A DNA stretch of 64,000 nucleotides from Nitrospirota bacterium (GCA_963826355.1 CAWGWX010000034.1:13622-77621); one strand, 5' to 3'. Shown: positions 47,405 to 57,425, counted from the stretch's first letter. Numbers and translations: made by a program. Notes: generated from the sequence alone by a model not told the origin.

Positions 47405-47866
47405 TTTTTATGTCTCGACGTAACGCTTCAATAGTTATCTGTCAGTAAAATTACTGATGGATTTCTTTTCAATGTCTTCCGCAAGACTTACTGCCATGCT
47501 GTTTATTTTTGGGTAGTTTATCTCGATGTCCTGAAGGGAAGGCCTCGTACCCAATGAACTCCTCTTCCGAAATTAAAGGGCTTTCTTTCTTCTTTTTATT
47601 TAATTTCAATATACGATTTAAAATACGCACTAATAGTGTCATGATATTTAATTAACAAAATTTATGCCAATAAATTTATTTATAACACTCTGATTTTTAA
47701 TAATAAATTATATTCAGATTAGGCCTGATTGCAAAACAGTGACAAATTATGTCAGCTAAGTCTTCAAATTCATCAGAATTGTTCTTTTATTTGTTATTTG
47801 TGTGTCTACGCCAAATTGTTAAAGTGCTTCAATAAATGGGTAGGGTATTTTTATATAATTAATTCT

Positions 47867-47938
47867 ATGAAGTCATGGAAGGACAATATTACTTTCATCC
47901 TCGTCGAGCCGAAGGAGCCCGGCAACAAAGGAGGTTAA
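47867..47938 (+). pseudogene. Possible 5' remnant of a TrmJ/SpoU-type RNA methyltransferase gene
   Basis: MKSWKDNITFILVEPKEPGNKGG*. The stretch ITFILVEPKEPGN resembles the conserved SpoU/TrmJ N-terminus (..IVLVEPxxPGNIGA). The reading frame ends in the RBS of the next gene. Confidence 0.3.
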
Positions 47939-47940
47939 AG

Positions 47941-48511
47941 ATGAAAGTTGTAGCTTTTAATGGAAGTCCAAGGAAAAAAGGTAACACCTATCACGCTATC
48001 CAGACAGTATTCAAAGAGCTTAAGAAAGAAGGTATAAAGACTGAACTCATTCAGCTCGGAGGTACCAATATAAAGGGATGCAGGGCATGCTATGAGTGTT
48101 TTAAGAATAAAAATAAACGCTGCATTCAGGACGATGAACTAAATGTGTTCATTGAGAAAATGGTAGAGGCGGAAGGAATCATTATCGGGTCCCCTACATA
48201 TTTCAGTAATGTCTCTACTGAGGTAAAGGCCCTTATTGAGAGGGCTGGCCTCGTTGCCCGTGCTAATACATCTTTTTAAAAGAAAGGTTGGAGCTGCTGT
48301 TGTAGCAGTCCGGAGGGCAGGGGCGACCCATGTATATTCGAGCATAAACTTCTTTTTTGGGATTGGACACATGATTATTCCGGGCTCAAGTTACTGGAAT
48401 CTTGGAATCGGTCTTAATCCGGGTGATATACTTAAGGACAAAGAAGGCATAACAACATTCAGAGATTTAGGGCAGAACATGGCATGGCTTCTTAAAAAAC
48501 TTTATGGATGA
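47941..48511 (+). pseudogene. Flavodoxin-like fold NAD(P)H-dependent FMN reductase / iron-sulfur flavoprotein, frameshifted
   Basis: AAAGGAGG then ATG. MKVVAFNGSPRKKGNTY...CRACYEC...IIIGSPTYFSNVS..ARAN, then a frame change to [22 protein letters not shown]...[10 protein letters not shown]. The shift lies near 48262-48270 and is not in a homopolymer. Confidence 0.75.
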
Positions 48512-48517
48512 TAATAT

Positions 48518-48760
48518 TCACCTCTGAAATTCCTTAGATATGTAGACACGAAGTGGGCATTTACAAAAATATGTATCTCCAAAAGACAATGAACAAACAC
48601 ACTCTTGTGGATTTTTTCTTAAACACATAATAAATGATTCCAATCCAATATCCTCTGCTTTACAGAGATCATCGAATTTGGATTTGCAACATTTATTATC
48701 TTTTGGACATATTACTCCATTGATTATTTCTTCTATTCCAATTTTACTATCTTTGTTCAT
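48518..48760 (-). CDS. Cys-rich hypothetical protein (80 aa, 10 Cys)
   Basis: ICPKDNKCCKSKFDDLCKAEDIG...CLRKNPQECVCSLSFGDTYFCKCPLRVY. Family not recognised. Confidence 0.45.
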   Translation of the reverse strand: MNKDSKIGIEEIINGVICPKDNKCCKSKFDDLCKAEDIGLESFIMCLRKNPQECVCSLSFGDTYFCKCPLRVYISKEFQR

Positions 48761-48837
48761 CCTATCCCTTGTAGGTCAAGAAATCAGATTAAAAACCTCA
48801 CCGAAAACGTATAGATTTTACATTTTTAGGTATCTTC

Positions 48838-49119
48838 TTATTTGTTCACTTCTTCTGTTTCCGTTTCGATTCCACAACAATATCTTTCCAAAAACTTTTC
48901 CATGCTCATTTCATGACCCAAACAAAAACCAGAGGAATCCATTTTGTCACATCCTAAAGTCTGATATTTCCCGTTATTTCTTACCAATTGAGAATGAAAC
49001 ATCAAGCTGTCGTTACGACCGTCAAGGATCACAAAACGGACATGGGGAAGAATGATTGATCTACCTATGCGATATACCTTCATTTTTTGCCTTTGCCTCT
49101 TATAGATCTCCAAACCCAT
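48838..49119 (-). CDS. Hypothetical protein
   Basis: The ORF has AT-rich flanks. No motif was recognised. Confidence 0.35.
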   Translation of the reverse strand: MGLEIYKRQRQKMKVYRIGRSIILPHVRFVILDGRNDSLMFHSQLVRNNGKYQTLGCDKMDSSGFCLGHEMSMEKFLERYCCGIETETEEVNK

Positions 49120-49308
49120 ATTTCCTTACGGGGCTCAATATTTATAATTATATATAATAAAATATAATAATTATAAATAATTTGTCAAGTTGAATTACTT
49201 TGGTTTGCGCAGAAGAAGCGCAGATTTTTAAACCCCTCATTCCTTAACCATCCTGTCTCTCCTTTAACACAGGCAAGTCTTCACTATGTTCCTTTCCATA
49301 GGGTAAAA

Positions 49309-50283
49309 TTGTGCATGCATAGAAGGGGCATAGTAGTTCAGGTACCAGAGGCTGGTCAGAGGCTTGACACATTTCTTGCAAAAAAGACAGGGATTACAAG
49401 GTCACAAATACAGAGACTCATAGACAAGGGGAATGTCCTTATTCGCGGAAAAGCTGCCAGTCAACATTATAAGGTTAAGGCAGAGGATCTCATCTCCCTT
49501 CATATCCCTGAAGAAAAGATCGAGGGGCTCATCCCGGAGCCAATTCCTGTAGAGATATTTTATAAGGATGATCATATCGTTGTTGTAAATAAACCTGCTG
49601 GCATGGTTGTTTATCCTTCTGCTGGTCACAGCCATGGAACCCTCATGAATGCCCTTTTACACCATTGTAAAAAACTAGCTACGGTTGGAGGGCCATTGAG
49701 ACCGGGTGTTATTCACAGGCTTGATAAAGACACCTCGGGTGTCATGGTGATTGCCCTGAATGATGAAGCTTACTATAACCTTGTTGAACAATTTAGACAC
49801 AGGACCATAGACAAAAGATATATTGCTTTAATTCATGGGAATCTCAGAGAAGATCAGGGTGAGATAACACTCATGATTGGTCGTTCTGAGTCTGATAGAA
49901 AAAAGATGTCAACTCGTGTAAGGAGGGGTAGAGAAGCAGTTACGAGGTGGAGTGTTATAGAGAGATTCAGAAATGCTACCTTAATCGAGGTGAGACTCCG
50001 AACCGGAAGGACACACCAGATAAGGGTACATTTTGCTTCTATCGGACATCCTGTGCTTGGAGACAGGACATATGGGAAAAAGATTGAGATTGAGTATAAA
50101 GGTAAAAAGAAGATTTTCTTTCCGAGACAGATGCTCCATGCTGAATTATTAGGGTTTACTCATCCAGCAATGGGTGAGTACCTTGAATTTTCAGCACCTG
50201 TGCCAGAGGATATGGCTGGAAAAATTAAAGAACTCCAGTATCTTAACTCTGCATCTTCAATGGTAATCCAAGATCAACACTAA
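49309..50283 (+). CDS. rluD: 23S rRNA pseudouridine synthase, RluA/RluD family
   Basis: S4-like N-terminus. Motifs VVVNKPAGMVVYPS, HRLDKDTSGVMVIA and GRTHQIRVH. Confidence 0.9.
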   Translation: MCMHRRGIVVQVPEAGQRLDTFLAKKTGITRSQIQRLIDKGNVLIRGKAASQHYKVKAEDLISLHIPEEKIEGLIPEPIPVEIFYKDDHIVVVNKPAGMVVYPSAGHSHGTLMNALLHHCKKLATVGGPLRPGVIHRLDKDTSGVMVIALNDEAYYNLVEQFRHRTIDKRYIALIHGNLREDQGEITLMIGRSESDRKKMSTRVRRGREAVTRWSVIERFRNATLIEVRLRTGRTHQIRVHFASIGHPVLGDRTYGKKIEIEYKGKKKIFFPRQMLHAELLGFTHPAMGEYLEFSAPVPEDMAGKIKELQYLNSASSMVIQDQH

Positions 50284-50340
50284 AGAAAAAGACTTTTGTA
50301 TAATATATTTTCTTCATGCAGAACTTTTAAGGAGGGTCTT

Positions 50341-51699
50341 ATGGGAAAAGAAGGGCAAGACGTTGTTGAAGTCAGAGATGGTTCTGTTTATGTAAAAAAC
50401 AGAGAAGCTCTCAGGAATATTATAGATAGCCTGATTGATAAGGCTGTTTTTGAAGCAGATGAAGAAAAAAGGAAAACACTCTTTCTGCTCATTAAGGAGA
50501 TTGCAAAGGCCTGTGGCGCTGTCCCTTCATCTATTCAAGGACTCTATGAGGAGATGGGGAGAAATTATCCTGGATTTACCGTGCCTGCCATAAATATCAG
50601 AGGGCTTACCTACGATGTCGCGAGGGCGATCTTTAGAAAGGCAATGGAGATGAACGTTGGCGCCCTCATATTTGAGATTGCAAGGTCAGAGATTGGCTAT
50701 ACAAAACAGAGGCCGTTAGAATATGCTTCAGTTGTTCTTGGTGCTGCGGTTAAAGAAGGATATGAAGGTCCTGTCTTTATCCAGGGTGACCATTTCCAAC
50801 TTGTGAGAAAGAATTATTTGAGTGACCCTGATGGCGAAACAAAATACATAAAGGGTCTTATTCAAGAGTCAATAGAGGCAGAATTCTACAATATAGATAT
50901 TGATTCATCCACTCTTGTTGACCTTGAAAAACCAACGGTGAAGGAACAGCAGAGGCCTAACTTCGAAAAGACCGCTGAATTGGCGGAATATGTGAGAACC
51001 TTGCAGCCCTCAGGGATTGATGTCTCAATTGGCGGTGAGATTGGTGAGATAGGTGGCAAAAACAGTACCCCTGAAGAATTAATGGCATTTCTGGATGGCT
51101 TTAAAGAGACCTTCAGGGGAACTAAGAGTTTAAGCAAACTCAGTGTTCAAACAGGTACAGCCCATGGAGGAGTTGTTTTGCCTGATGGGAGCCTCGCAAA
51201 AGTAAAAATAGATTTTGAAACACTCAGGGTATTATCAGACCTTGCAAGGAAAAAATATGGGCTTTCAGGCTGTGTTCAACATGGTGCATCAACCCTTCCT
51301 GAAGAAGCATTCCATATGTTCCCTGAAACAGGCACATCAGAAATTCACCTCGCTACAGGATTTCAAAATATCATCTATGATAGCAAGAGCCTTCCAGCAG
51401 GATTCAGAGAGGAAGTTTATAACTTCATCAAGACGGAGTATGCAAAGGAATGGAAGGAGGGTCAGACAGAGGAACAGTTTATCTATAGTACGAGGAAGAA
51501 GGGGTTCGGGCCATTGAAGAAAAAATGGTGGGATTTACCTCTTGAAGTGAGGAACCCTATAATGAAGGAATTAGAGTCCAGATTTCAATTGCTGTTTGAG
51601 AAACTGAAAGTTGCAAACACCATTGGAATAGTGAAAAAGAGTGTTCGACCTATCGTCGTCAAAAAGGAAATCCCTGCGTTAACGGAAAATCTATCGTAA
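50341..51699 (+). CDS. fba: Class II (metal-dependent) fructose/ketose-bisphosphate aldolase family protein
   Basis: Start after AAGGAGGG. Motifs VPAINIRG, VFIQGDHFQ, GEIGEIGGKNST and VQHGASTLPEE. Confidence 0.75.
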   Translation: MGKEGQDVVEVRDGSVYVKNREALRNIIDSLIDKAVFEADEEKRKTLFLLIKEIAKACGAVPSSIQGLYEEMGRNYPGFTVPAINIRGLTYDVARAIFRKAMEMNVGALIFEIARSEIGYTKQRPLEYASVVLGAAVKEGYEGPVFIQGDHFQLVRKNYLSDPDGETKYIKGLIQESIEAEFYNIDIDSSTLVDLEKPTVKEQQRPNFEKTAELAEYVRTLQPSGIDVSIGGEIGEIGGKNSTPEELMAFLDGFKETFRGTKSLSKLSVQTGTAHGGVVLPDGSLAKVKIDFETLRVLSDLARKKYGLSGCVQHGASTLPEEAFHMFPETGTSEIHLATGFQNIIYDSKSLPAGFREEVYNFIKTEYAKEWKEGQTEEQFIYSTRKKGFGPLKKKWWDLPLEVRNPIMKELESRFQLLFEKLKVANTIGIVKKSVRPIVVKKEIPALTENLS

Positions 51700-51713
51700 G
51701 GAGGAAAGAAGGA

Positions 51714-52931
51714 ATGCTCAATATCAAGAAAATTGGCATTATAACCAGTGGTGGAGACTGTGGGGGTCTCAATGCAGTAATAAAGGGCATTGCACGGGAG
51801 GCATACTCTTTAGGAATTGAAGCGAATGTGATACCGAATGGGTATGCAGGCCTTTATAATCTTGTTGACATGGATAGCTTAGTAAGTCTTACTCCGGAGA
51901 GAATCAGCAGAATACAGGCATCTATTGCAGGGTCAGAGGCAGGCCACTCGCGCGTAAAAATCGGAAAGATACAGGACCCGGGAAAATATGAAAGGATAAA
52001 AAATGGGCTCGTGAAGTTCAAGATAGATGGTTTAATAATCAGTGGTGGAGATGATACAGGCAGTGTTGTTGTCGACCTTCTGGCACAGGGTATCCCTTGT
52101 GTTCACGTTCCGAAGACAATGGACCTTGATCTCCAGTCTTACAGCGTAGGGGGTGATTCAGCAGTTAACAGGATTGCTGTTTTAACAAGGGAATTGAAGA
52201 CAACCGGAATGAGTCATAACCGTATTCTTGCCATTGAAGTTTTCGGAAGGTATGTAGGGCACACTGCCTTCAGAGGAGGTATCGGTGCGGAGGCCGATTG
52301 TATCCTGATACCAGAGATACCTGTCGACTTTGATATTGTTTATGCGGACATGAAAAGGAGATTTTTTGACCGGATAGAAAGGAGTGACGTAAAGGCAGGT
52401 ACCTATATCATTGTTGTATCAGAGGGTATCAAAACAGCCAGTGGTGAACTCTTATATGATGAGTCTGCTGGAACTGATGCCTTCGGGCATAAAAAGCTCG
52501 CAGGTGCAGGTAGATATGTCAGACAACAACTCGAAAAGAGACTAAAAAGTGACCCTGAGGTAAAAGAATTTATGAAGAAAACAGGGATGTATGCACCAGG
52601 GGTCTATGAGATTCCAGAGGTGAGAGAAGTAACCCCTGGTCATATTGTCAGGTCTGGACACACTTCTGCTTTCGATGTCAATTTTGGAGAAAAGGCAGGG
52701 GCAGCAGCTGTCATACTCCTCATAGAGGGCAAAAGTGGGAATACCGTTGTCAATGTTACCGGGAATAAGATCTCTTATCAGCCAACAGCGGAGATCATAA
52801 AGCGCAGAGAAGTAGATTTGGATGAGGTAGCACTTTTCGAAAGTTTAGGAACATGTTTTGGGAGAAAACCTCAGGAATATAAGTATGAATTATTGCTCGA
52901 GACAAGTCAAAAGATAGAGAGGTATTTTTGA
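51714..52931 (+). CDS. 6-phosphofructokinase, PPi-type signature (GGDD)
   Basis: Motifs IGIITSGGDCGGLNAVIKG, LIISGGDDTGSV and VPKTMDLDL. Asp is at the position equivalent to E. coli PfkA Gly104, and Lys at the Gly124 equivalent. Confidence 0.8.
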   Translation: MLNIKKIGIITSGGDCGGLNAVIKGIAREAYSLGIEANVIPNGYAGLYNLVDMDSLVSLTPERISRIQASIAGSEAGHSRVKIGKIQDPGKYERIKNGLVKFKIDGLIISGGDDTGSVVVDLLAQGIPCVHVPKTMDLDLQSYSVGGDSAVNRIAVLTRELKTTGMSHNRILAIEVFGRYVGHTAFRGGIGAEADCILIPEIPVDFDIVYADMKRRFFDRIERSDVKAGTYIIVVSEGIKTASGELLYDESAGTDAFGHKKLAGAGRYVRQQLEKRLKSDPEVKEFMKKTGMYAPGVYEIPEVREVTPGHIVRSGHTSAFDVNFGEKAGAAAVILLIEGKSGNTVVNVTGNKISYQPTAEIIKRREVDLDEVALFESLGTCFGRKPQEYKYELLLETSQKIERYF

Positions 52932-52945
52932 TACGATACCTATCT

Positions 52946-54022
52946 CTAATCTCCGAAACTAATGCCGAGCGATCTGGCTGTTTGCACAATGTCACTGTCA
53001 GGAGATACCTTCTTCATTTGACCAATTGCCTCATCAATTCCTACAGCGCATATCTCTGGAGAGCGTAGGGCTACCATAGTCCCGAACTTACCAGCCTCTA
53101 TCAACCTTATCGCAGCCGTACCAAATCTCAGACAGAGAAGCCTATCAAAGGTGGTAGGAGCTCCTCCCCTTTGGAGATGCCCGAGAACAATTGCCCTCGT
53201 CTCTTTCTCCATCTTCTTTGCAATCTCATCAGCCACCTTTTGACCTATCCCGCCAAGCCTGACCTCTCCTCCTGGCTTTTTTTCTATTACCGTTACATCT
53301 CCGCCAATAGGTATGGCTCCTTCTGCTACTACAACAATTGCATAATTCTGTTCAATAAGCTCAAGTCTCTTTATTTTCTGGCATACCTTTTCGAGATCAA
53401 AGGGAATCTCTGGTATCAGGACAACATCGGCTGAACCCGATATCCCTGAATACAACGCTATCCATCCTGTATATCTACCCATTACTTCAACAACCATGAC
53501 CCTGTCATGAGATTTGGCAGTAGTATGGAGTTTATCGATAGCCTCCGTGGCTGTATTGACTGCCGTATCAAATCCAAAGGTAACATCTGTTGCACTGATG
53601 TCATTATCAATGGTTTTTGGGATTCCGATTATGGGAATACCCTTTTTCATAAACTTACTCGCAATACTAAGACTACCATCGCCTCCAATGGCGACGAGGG
53701 CATCAAACCCCAGGGCATTGAAGTTCGCAACGACTTTGTCTGAAATATCCGTTTCCACCATTTGCCCATCGGGCCCTTCTACAGAATATTTGAAGGGGTT
53801 ACCTTTCACTGCTGATCCAAGAATCGTTCCGCCGATATCGGTAATATCCCAGACATATTCAGGTGTGAGGTGGATAATCTGTTTTGTATCTATGAGGCCC
53901 TTATAGCCGTACTTGATACCATAAACCTCCCACCCCTTTTGGTGGGCGGCAAGCACTACACCGCGGATGACTGCATTAAGACCTGGGGCATCACCCCCAC
54001 CAGTGTTAACAGCTATCTTCAT
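52946..54022 (-). CDS. pfkA: 6-phosphofructokinase (GGDGS type)
   Basis: Motifs IAVNTGGGDAPGLNAVIRG, LVAIGGDGSLSIA, GIPKTIDNDI and MGRYTGW. Confidence 0.9.
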   Translation of the reverse strand: MKIAVNTGGGDAPGLNAVIRGVVLAAHQKGWEVYGIKYGYKGLIDTKQIIHLTPEYVWDITDIGGTILGSAVKGNPFKYSVEGPDGQMVETDISDKVVANFNALGFDALVAIGGDGSLSIASKFMKKGIPIIGIPKTIDNDISATDVTFGFDTAVNTATEAIDKLHTTAKSHDRVMVVEVMGRYTGWIALYSGISGSADVVLIPEIPFDLEKVCQKIKRLELIEQNYAIVVVAEGAIPIGGDVTVIEKKPGGEVRLGGIGQKVADEIAKKMEKETRAIVLGHLQRGGAPTTFDRLLCLRFGTAAIRLIEAGKFGTMVALRSPEICAVGIDEAIGQMKKVSPDSDIVQTARSLGISFGD

Positions 54023-54055
54023 GTGCAGATACCTCTTTGAATTATAAAATTTTGT

Positions 54056-54574
54056 TTATCTGATCTCTACTGCTTCTTCTTTAGACACCCTTGGAGGTGG
54101 GCTGGGGACCTTTGATGGATAGCCAACAGCTACAATAGCAACAGGCCTCAAGTACTTCGGAAGTTTCAAAATTTCGGATACAACGTCTTCATGAAAAGCC
54201 CCGACCCATACACTGCCCAGTCCATTCTCATAAGCTACAAGCATCATGCCCATAAGGCTACAGGCTACATCCTGGATTGAATACAGGTATACTCCTCTTT
54301 CTCCATATCGATAAGATATACGGCTATCGGGACACCCTACTATCACGAGGGGTGCCTCGGCAAGGAAGTTTTGCTTCAAGGCAGCTACCGCAATCTTCTT
54401 TTTTAGTCCTTCGTCTTTTATAAAATAAAATTTTCTTGCCTGAAGATTCCCGGCACTTGGCGCCCAAATAAGGGCATCAACAAGTTTGTCAACAACATCC
54501 CGTGGTATTTCTTTCTTCTGAAAATCACGAATGCTCCTGCGCTCTTTGACTGCCTTTAAAATATCCATCACCAT
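54056..54574 (-). CDS. Nitroreductase family protein
   Basis: Motifs MVMDILKAVKERRSIRDFQKKEIP and APSAGNLQ. Confidence 0.8.
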   Translation of the reverse strand: MVMDILKAVKERRSIRDFQKKEIPRDVVDKLVDALIWAPSAGNLQARKFYFIKDEGLKKKIAVAALKQNFLAEAPLVIVGCPDSRISYRYGERGVYLYSIQDVACSLMGMMLVAYENGLGSVWVGAFHEDVVSEILKLPKYLRPVAIVAVGYPSKVPSPPPRVSKEEAVEIR

Positions 54575-54578
54575 GACC

Positions 54579-55685
54579 CTACGGCTTCCGGTACTCCTCA
54601 AATTTTCCGTTTTTTGTAATCCAGACAACATAAGGTGCTACTGTCACATCACCCTTTGAGTCGAACTTTATCTTTCCAGTGGCACTGATGAATTCCATGG
54701 AATGTAGTTTATCAATAACAGCCTTACCCTCGGTTGTTTTAGCCTCCTTAATCGCGGTCAACAGGATATTTGTGGCATCGTAGGCATAAATTGAATAGGG
54801 GCCGAGCTCTCCATATTTTGACTGATATGTATCAATAAAGCCTCTTGCTGATGGGATATTCTTCGGATCAGGGCTGAAGGTAAGGTAAGTGCCCTCTGCT
54901 GCACTTACTCCAGCAATCTCAATGAACTTCGGATCTATTGAACCATCACCACTCATGAATTTAGCGGTTAACCCGAGCTCCCTCGCTTGCTTTACAAGAA
55001 GTCCTGCCTCGGGATAAATGCCTCCGAAAAAGATTAACTCAGGTTTTTTCTCCTTTATCACGGTCAAAACCGTCTTGAAGTCTTTATCTCCCTGGGCAAT
55101 TCCTCCATAATAAACAAGCTTGACTTTATCGCTGAGAGAGTTTTTGAACTCATTTGCAAGACCCTGCCCGTATGTTGTCTTGTCATGAAGGATAGCAACC
55201 TCGCTGAGCTTAAGGTGGTTTATAACAAAGTCAGCTGCGATTCTCCCTTGCTGATTATCCTTTCCACAGACCCTGAAAATACCTTTGTAGCCTTTTTCTG
55301 TAAGCTGAGGATTGGTGGAGGCTGGGGTAATCATGGGAATTCCTGCCTTGTTGTAAACATCTGATGCAGGAATAGAACAGCTTGAGTTGAAATGTCCAAT
55401 AACACCGACTACACCTTCATTAACCATCTTGTTTGCAACTGAAACTGCCTGTTTTGGGTCATGCTGGTCATCGCTGATTAGGACTTCAATCTTCTTGCCG
55501 AGGGCACCACCTCTATTATTCCATTCCTCAACTGCAAGGGAGACACCATTTTTGAAATCCGTGCCCATTTTTGCCTGGTCGCCTGTCATAGGACCAGCTA
55601 TTCCGATCTTTATTATATTTTCCTTTCTCTGGCATCCCAAAGATAATAAGCAAAAAGACAGAATAATCAATAAAATCCTCTTCAT
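54579..55685 (-). CDS. livJ: Branched-chain amino acid ABC transporter substrate-binding lipoprotein
   Basis: Lipobox MKRILLIILSFCLLSLGC taken as the start. Motifs IKIGIAGPMTGDQAKMG and GVIGHFNSS. Located upstream of livHMGF. Confidence 0.85.
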   Translation of the reverse strand: MKRILLIILSFCLLSLGCQRKENIIKIGIAGPMTGDQAKMGTDFKNGVSLAVEEWNNRGGALGKKIEVLISDDQHDPKQAVSVANKMVNEGVVGVIGHFNSSCSIPASDVYNKAGIPMITPASTNPQLTEKGYKGIFRVCGKDNQQGRIAADFVINHLKLSEVAILHDKTTYGQGLANEFKNSLSDKVKLVYYGGIAQGDKDFKTVLTVIKEKKPELIFFGGIYPEAGLLVKQARELGLTAKFMSGDGSIDPKFIEIAGVSAAEGTYLTFSPDPKNIPSARGFIDTYQSKYGELGPYSIYAYDATNILLTAIKEAKTTEGKAVIDKLHSMEFISATGKIKFDSKGDVTVAPYVVWITKNGKFEEYRKP

Positions 55686-55788
55686 GTATGAGAACCTCCT
55701 TATAACTCTTTCATCTTCTATGGGAGTATCGTATATTAACATTACTAATGCAATCATTAGTAACATCACATACAACATCTTTGTGCGT

Positions 55789-55893
55789 CATGCCCGAAGG
55801 TTCCCCGCTTACTACCTGCGGGGACAGGCTTAATCGGGCATCCAGCGTCTTTCTGTCCCGAAAGCATTCGGGACCGGTCAAGCAGGGGAATGA
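55789..55893. repeat. REP-like multi-hairpin intergenic element
   Basis: ATGCCCGA...TCGGGCAT encloses CCCCGC-ttactacct-GCGGGG. It is followed by GTCCCGAA-agca-TTCGGGAC and ...GGGGAATGAC. ORFs 55711..55896(-) and 55748..55960(+) are its translations. Confidence 0.5.
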
Positions 55894-55934
55894 CAAGAAT
55901 GTGGTCTTACTTATGAACTCCTTAGTAATAATCT

Positions 55935-56645
55935 CTACTCACCAAAATAAGCCTTCTTAACCTTTTCATTATTCAGTAACTCTTCACCTTTGCCCTGTAA
56001 CGCTACCATACCATTTTCGAGCACATAACCTCTGTTTGACAGTTTAAGTGCTGCTCGAGCATTCTGTTCGACAAGGAGAACTGTGACCCCTTCCGTGTTA
56101 ATCTCTTTTATTGTCTTGAATATCTTGCTCACAATGATAGGGGCAAGGCCAAGAGAAGGTTCATCCAGGAGGAGAAGCTTTGGACTGGACATAAGGGCTC
56201 TGCCTATTGCAAGCATCTGCTGTTCTCCACCACTAAGTGTACCGGCAAACTGTTTATGCCTTTCTTCCAGGACAGGAAATAAGTTGTATACCATTTCGAG
56301 GGAAGACTTAAAATTTCCTCTCCCAGAAAATCCTCCCATGTCAAGATTCTCTTTTACCGTCAGCTTGGGGAAGATTCTTCTCCCTTCTGGCACTTGGCTG
56401 ATACCCATTTCAACGATCCTGTGAGGGGGGACGCCCTTGATACTCTTCCCTTCAAATAGGATATCGCCTGAGAGAGGTTTCAGGATACCCGATATTGTCA
56501 TGAGTGTTGTGGATTTGCCTGCTCCATTGCTTCCGATGAGGCAGACTATTTCTCCATTTTTTACTTCAATATCGATACCTTTTAATGCCTCAATCGACCC
56601 ATAGGATGTATGAACATTCTCAAGTTCGATTATAAAATTAATCAT
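55935..56645 (-). CDS. livF: Branched-chain amino acid ABC transporter ATP-binding protein
   Basis: Motifs GSNGAGKST, LSGGEQQMLAIGRAL and LLLDEPS. Confidence 0.9.
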   Translation of the reverse strand: MINFIIELENVHTSYGSIEALKGIDIEVKNGEIVCLIGSNGAGKSTTLMTISGILKPLSGDILFEGKSIKGVPPHRIVEMGISQVPEGRRIFPKLTVKENLDMGGFSGRGNFKSSLEMVYNLFPVLEERHKQFAGTLSGGEQQMLAIGRALMSSPKLLLLDEPSLGLAPIIVSKIFKTIKEINTEGVTVLLVEQNARAALKLSNRGYVLENGMVALQGKGEELLNNEKVKKAYFGE

Positions 56646-56651
56646 TATCTT

Positions 56652-57425
56652 TCAATGTTCCCTACCAAGATAAGCCTCTATAACCATCTTATCCTTCCTT
56701 ATGTCAGCTGGGAGCCCTTCTGCGATCTTTACTCCATGGTCAAGTACAACAATCAAGTCTGATATTCTCATGACTACCTTCATATCGTGTTCTATGAGAA
56801 GTACTGTTTTTCCCAGCTGTCTTAATTTTTTGATCAAGTCCATAATCTCTAATGTCTCCTGCGGATTCATTCCAGCTGTAGGTTCATCGAGCAGTATTAA
56901 TGATGGTTCTGTTGCCAGAGCCCTGGCAATCTCCAGCCTTCTCTGTGCACCATAGGGAAGATTTTCAGAAATGGTGTCAGCATATTCTGATAGGCTCACA
57001 AATTCGAGATACTCCATGGATTTTTCCCTTATAGTTCTCTCCTCATTTTGAAACTTTTTCCATCGGATGATTGAGCCCACAAGACCCGAGCGTGTTTTAT
57101 GATGTTGACCAACCATCACATTTTCTATAACAGTCATCGCTCTGAAGAGTCTGATGTTCTGGAATGTCCTCGATATTCCGAGCCTTACAATGTTATGCGG
57201 TGAAAGGCCTGTAATCTCAGTATCAGAGAAGGAGATAGATCCTTTTGTGGGTTTTAAAAATCCGGTGAGACAGTTAAAGACCGTTGTTTTACCTGCACCA
57301 TTTGGGCCTATAATGCTCATTATGGTACTCTCTTTTACTTTAAAGCTTACCTCCTCAACAGCCTTTATGCCCTCAAAGTGTTTTGATAAGTCCCTAACTT
57401 CTAAGAGAGGCATCTTTACCTCCAA
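56652..57425 (-). CDS. livG: Branched-chain amino acid ABC transporter ATP-binding protein
   Basis: Motifs GPNGAGKTT, LPYGAQRRLEIARAL and LILLDEPTAGM. Confidence 0.9.
   Translation of the reverse strand: MEVKMPLLEVRDLSKHFEGIKAVEEVSFKVKESTIMSIIGPNGAGKTTVFNCLTGFLKPTKGSISFSDTEITGLSPHNIVRLGISRTFQNIRLFRAMTVIENVMVGQHHKTRSGLVGSIIRWKKFQNEERTIREKSMEYLEFVSLSEYADTISENLPYGAQRRLEIARALATEPSLILLDEPTAGMNPQETLEIMDLIKKLRQLGKTVLLIEHDMKVVMRISDLIVVLDHGVKIAEGLPADIRKDKMVIEAYLGREH

Noticed and set aside
46515-47423. 302-aa plus-strand ORF with an internal repeat.
   Set aside because: It mirrors the minus-strand SPOR/zinc-ribbon gene. Only the minus frame has recognisable SPOR and CxxC...CPxH features. The plus frame is S/F/L low complexity.
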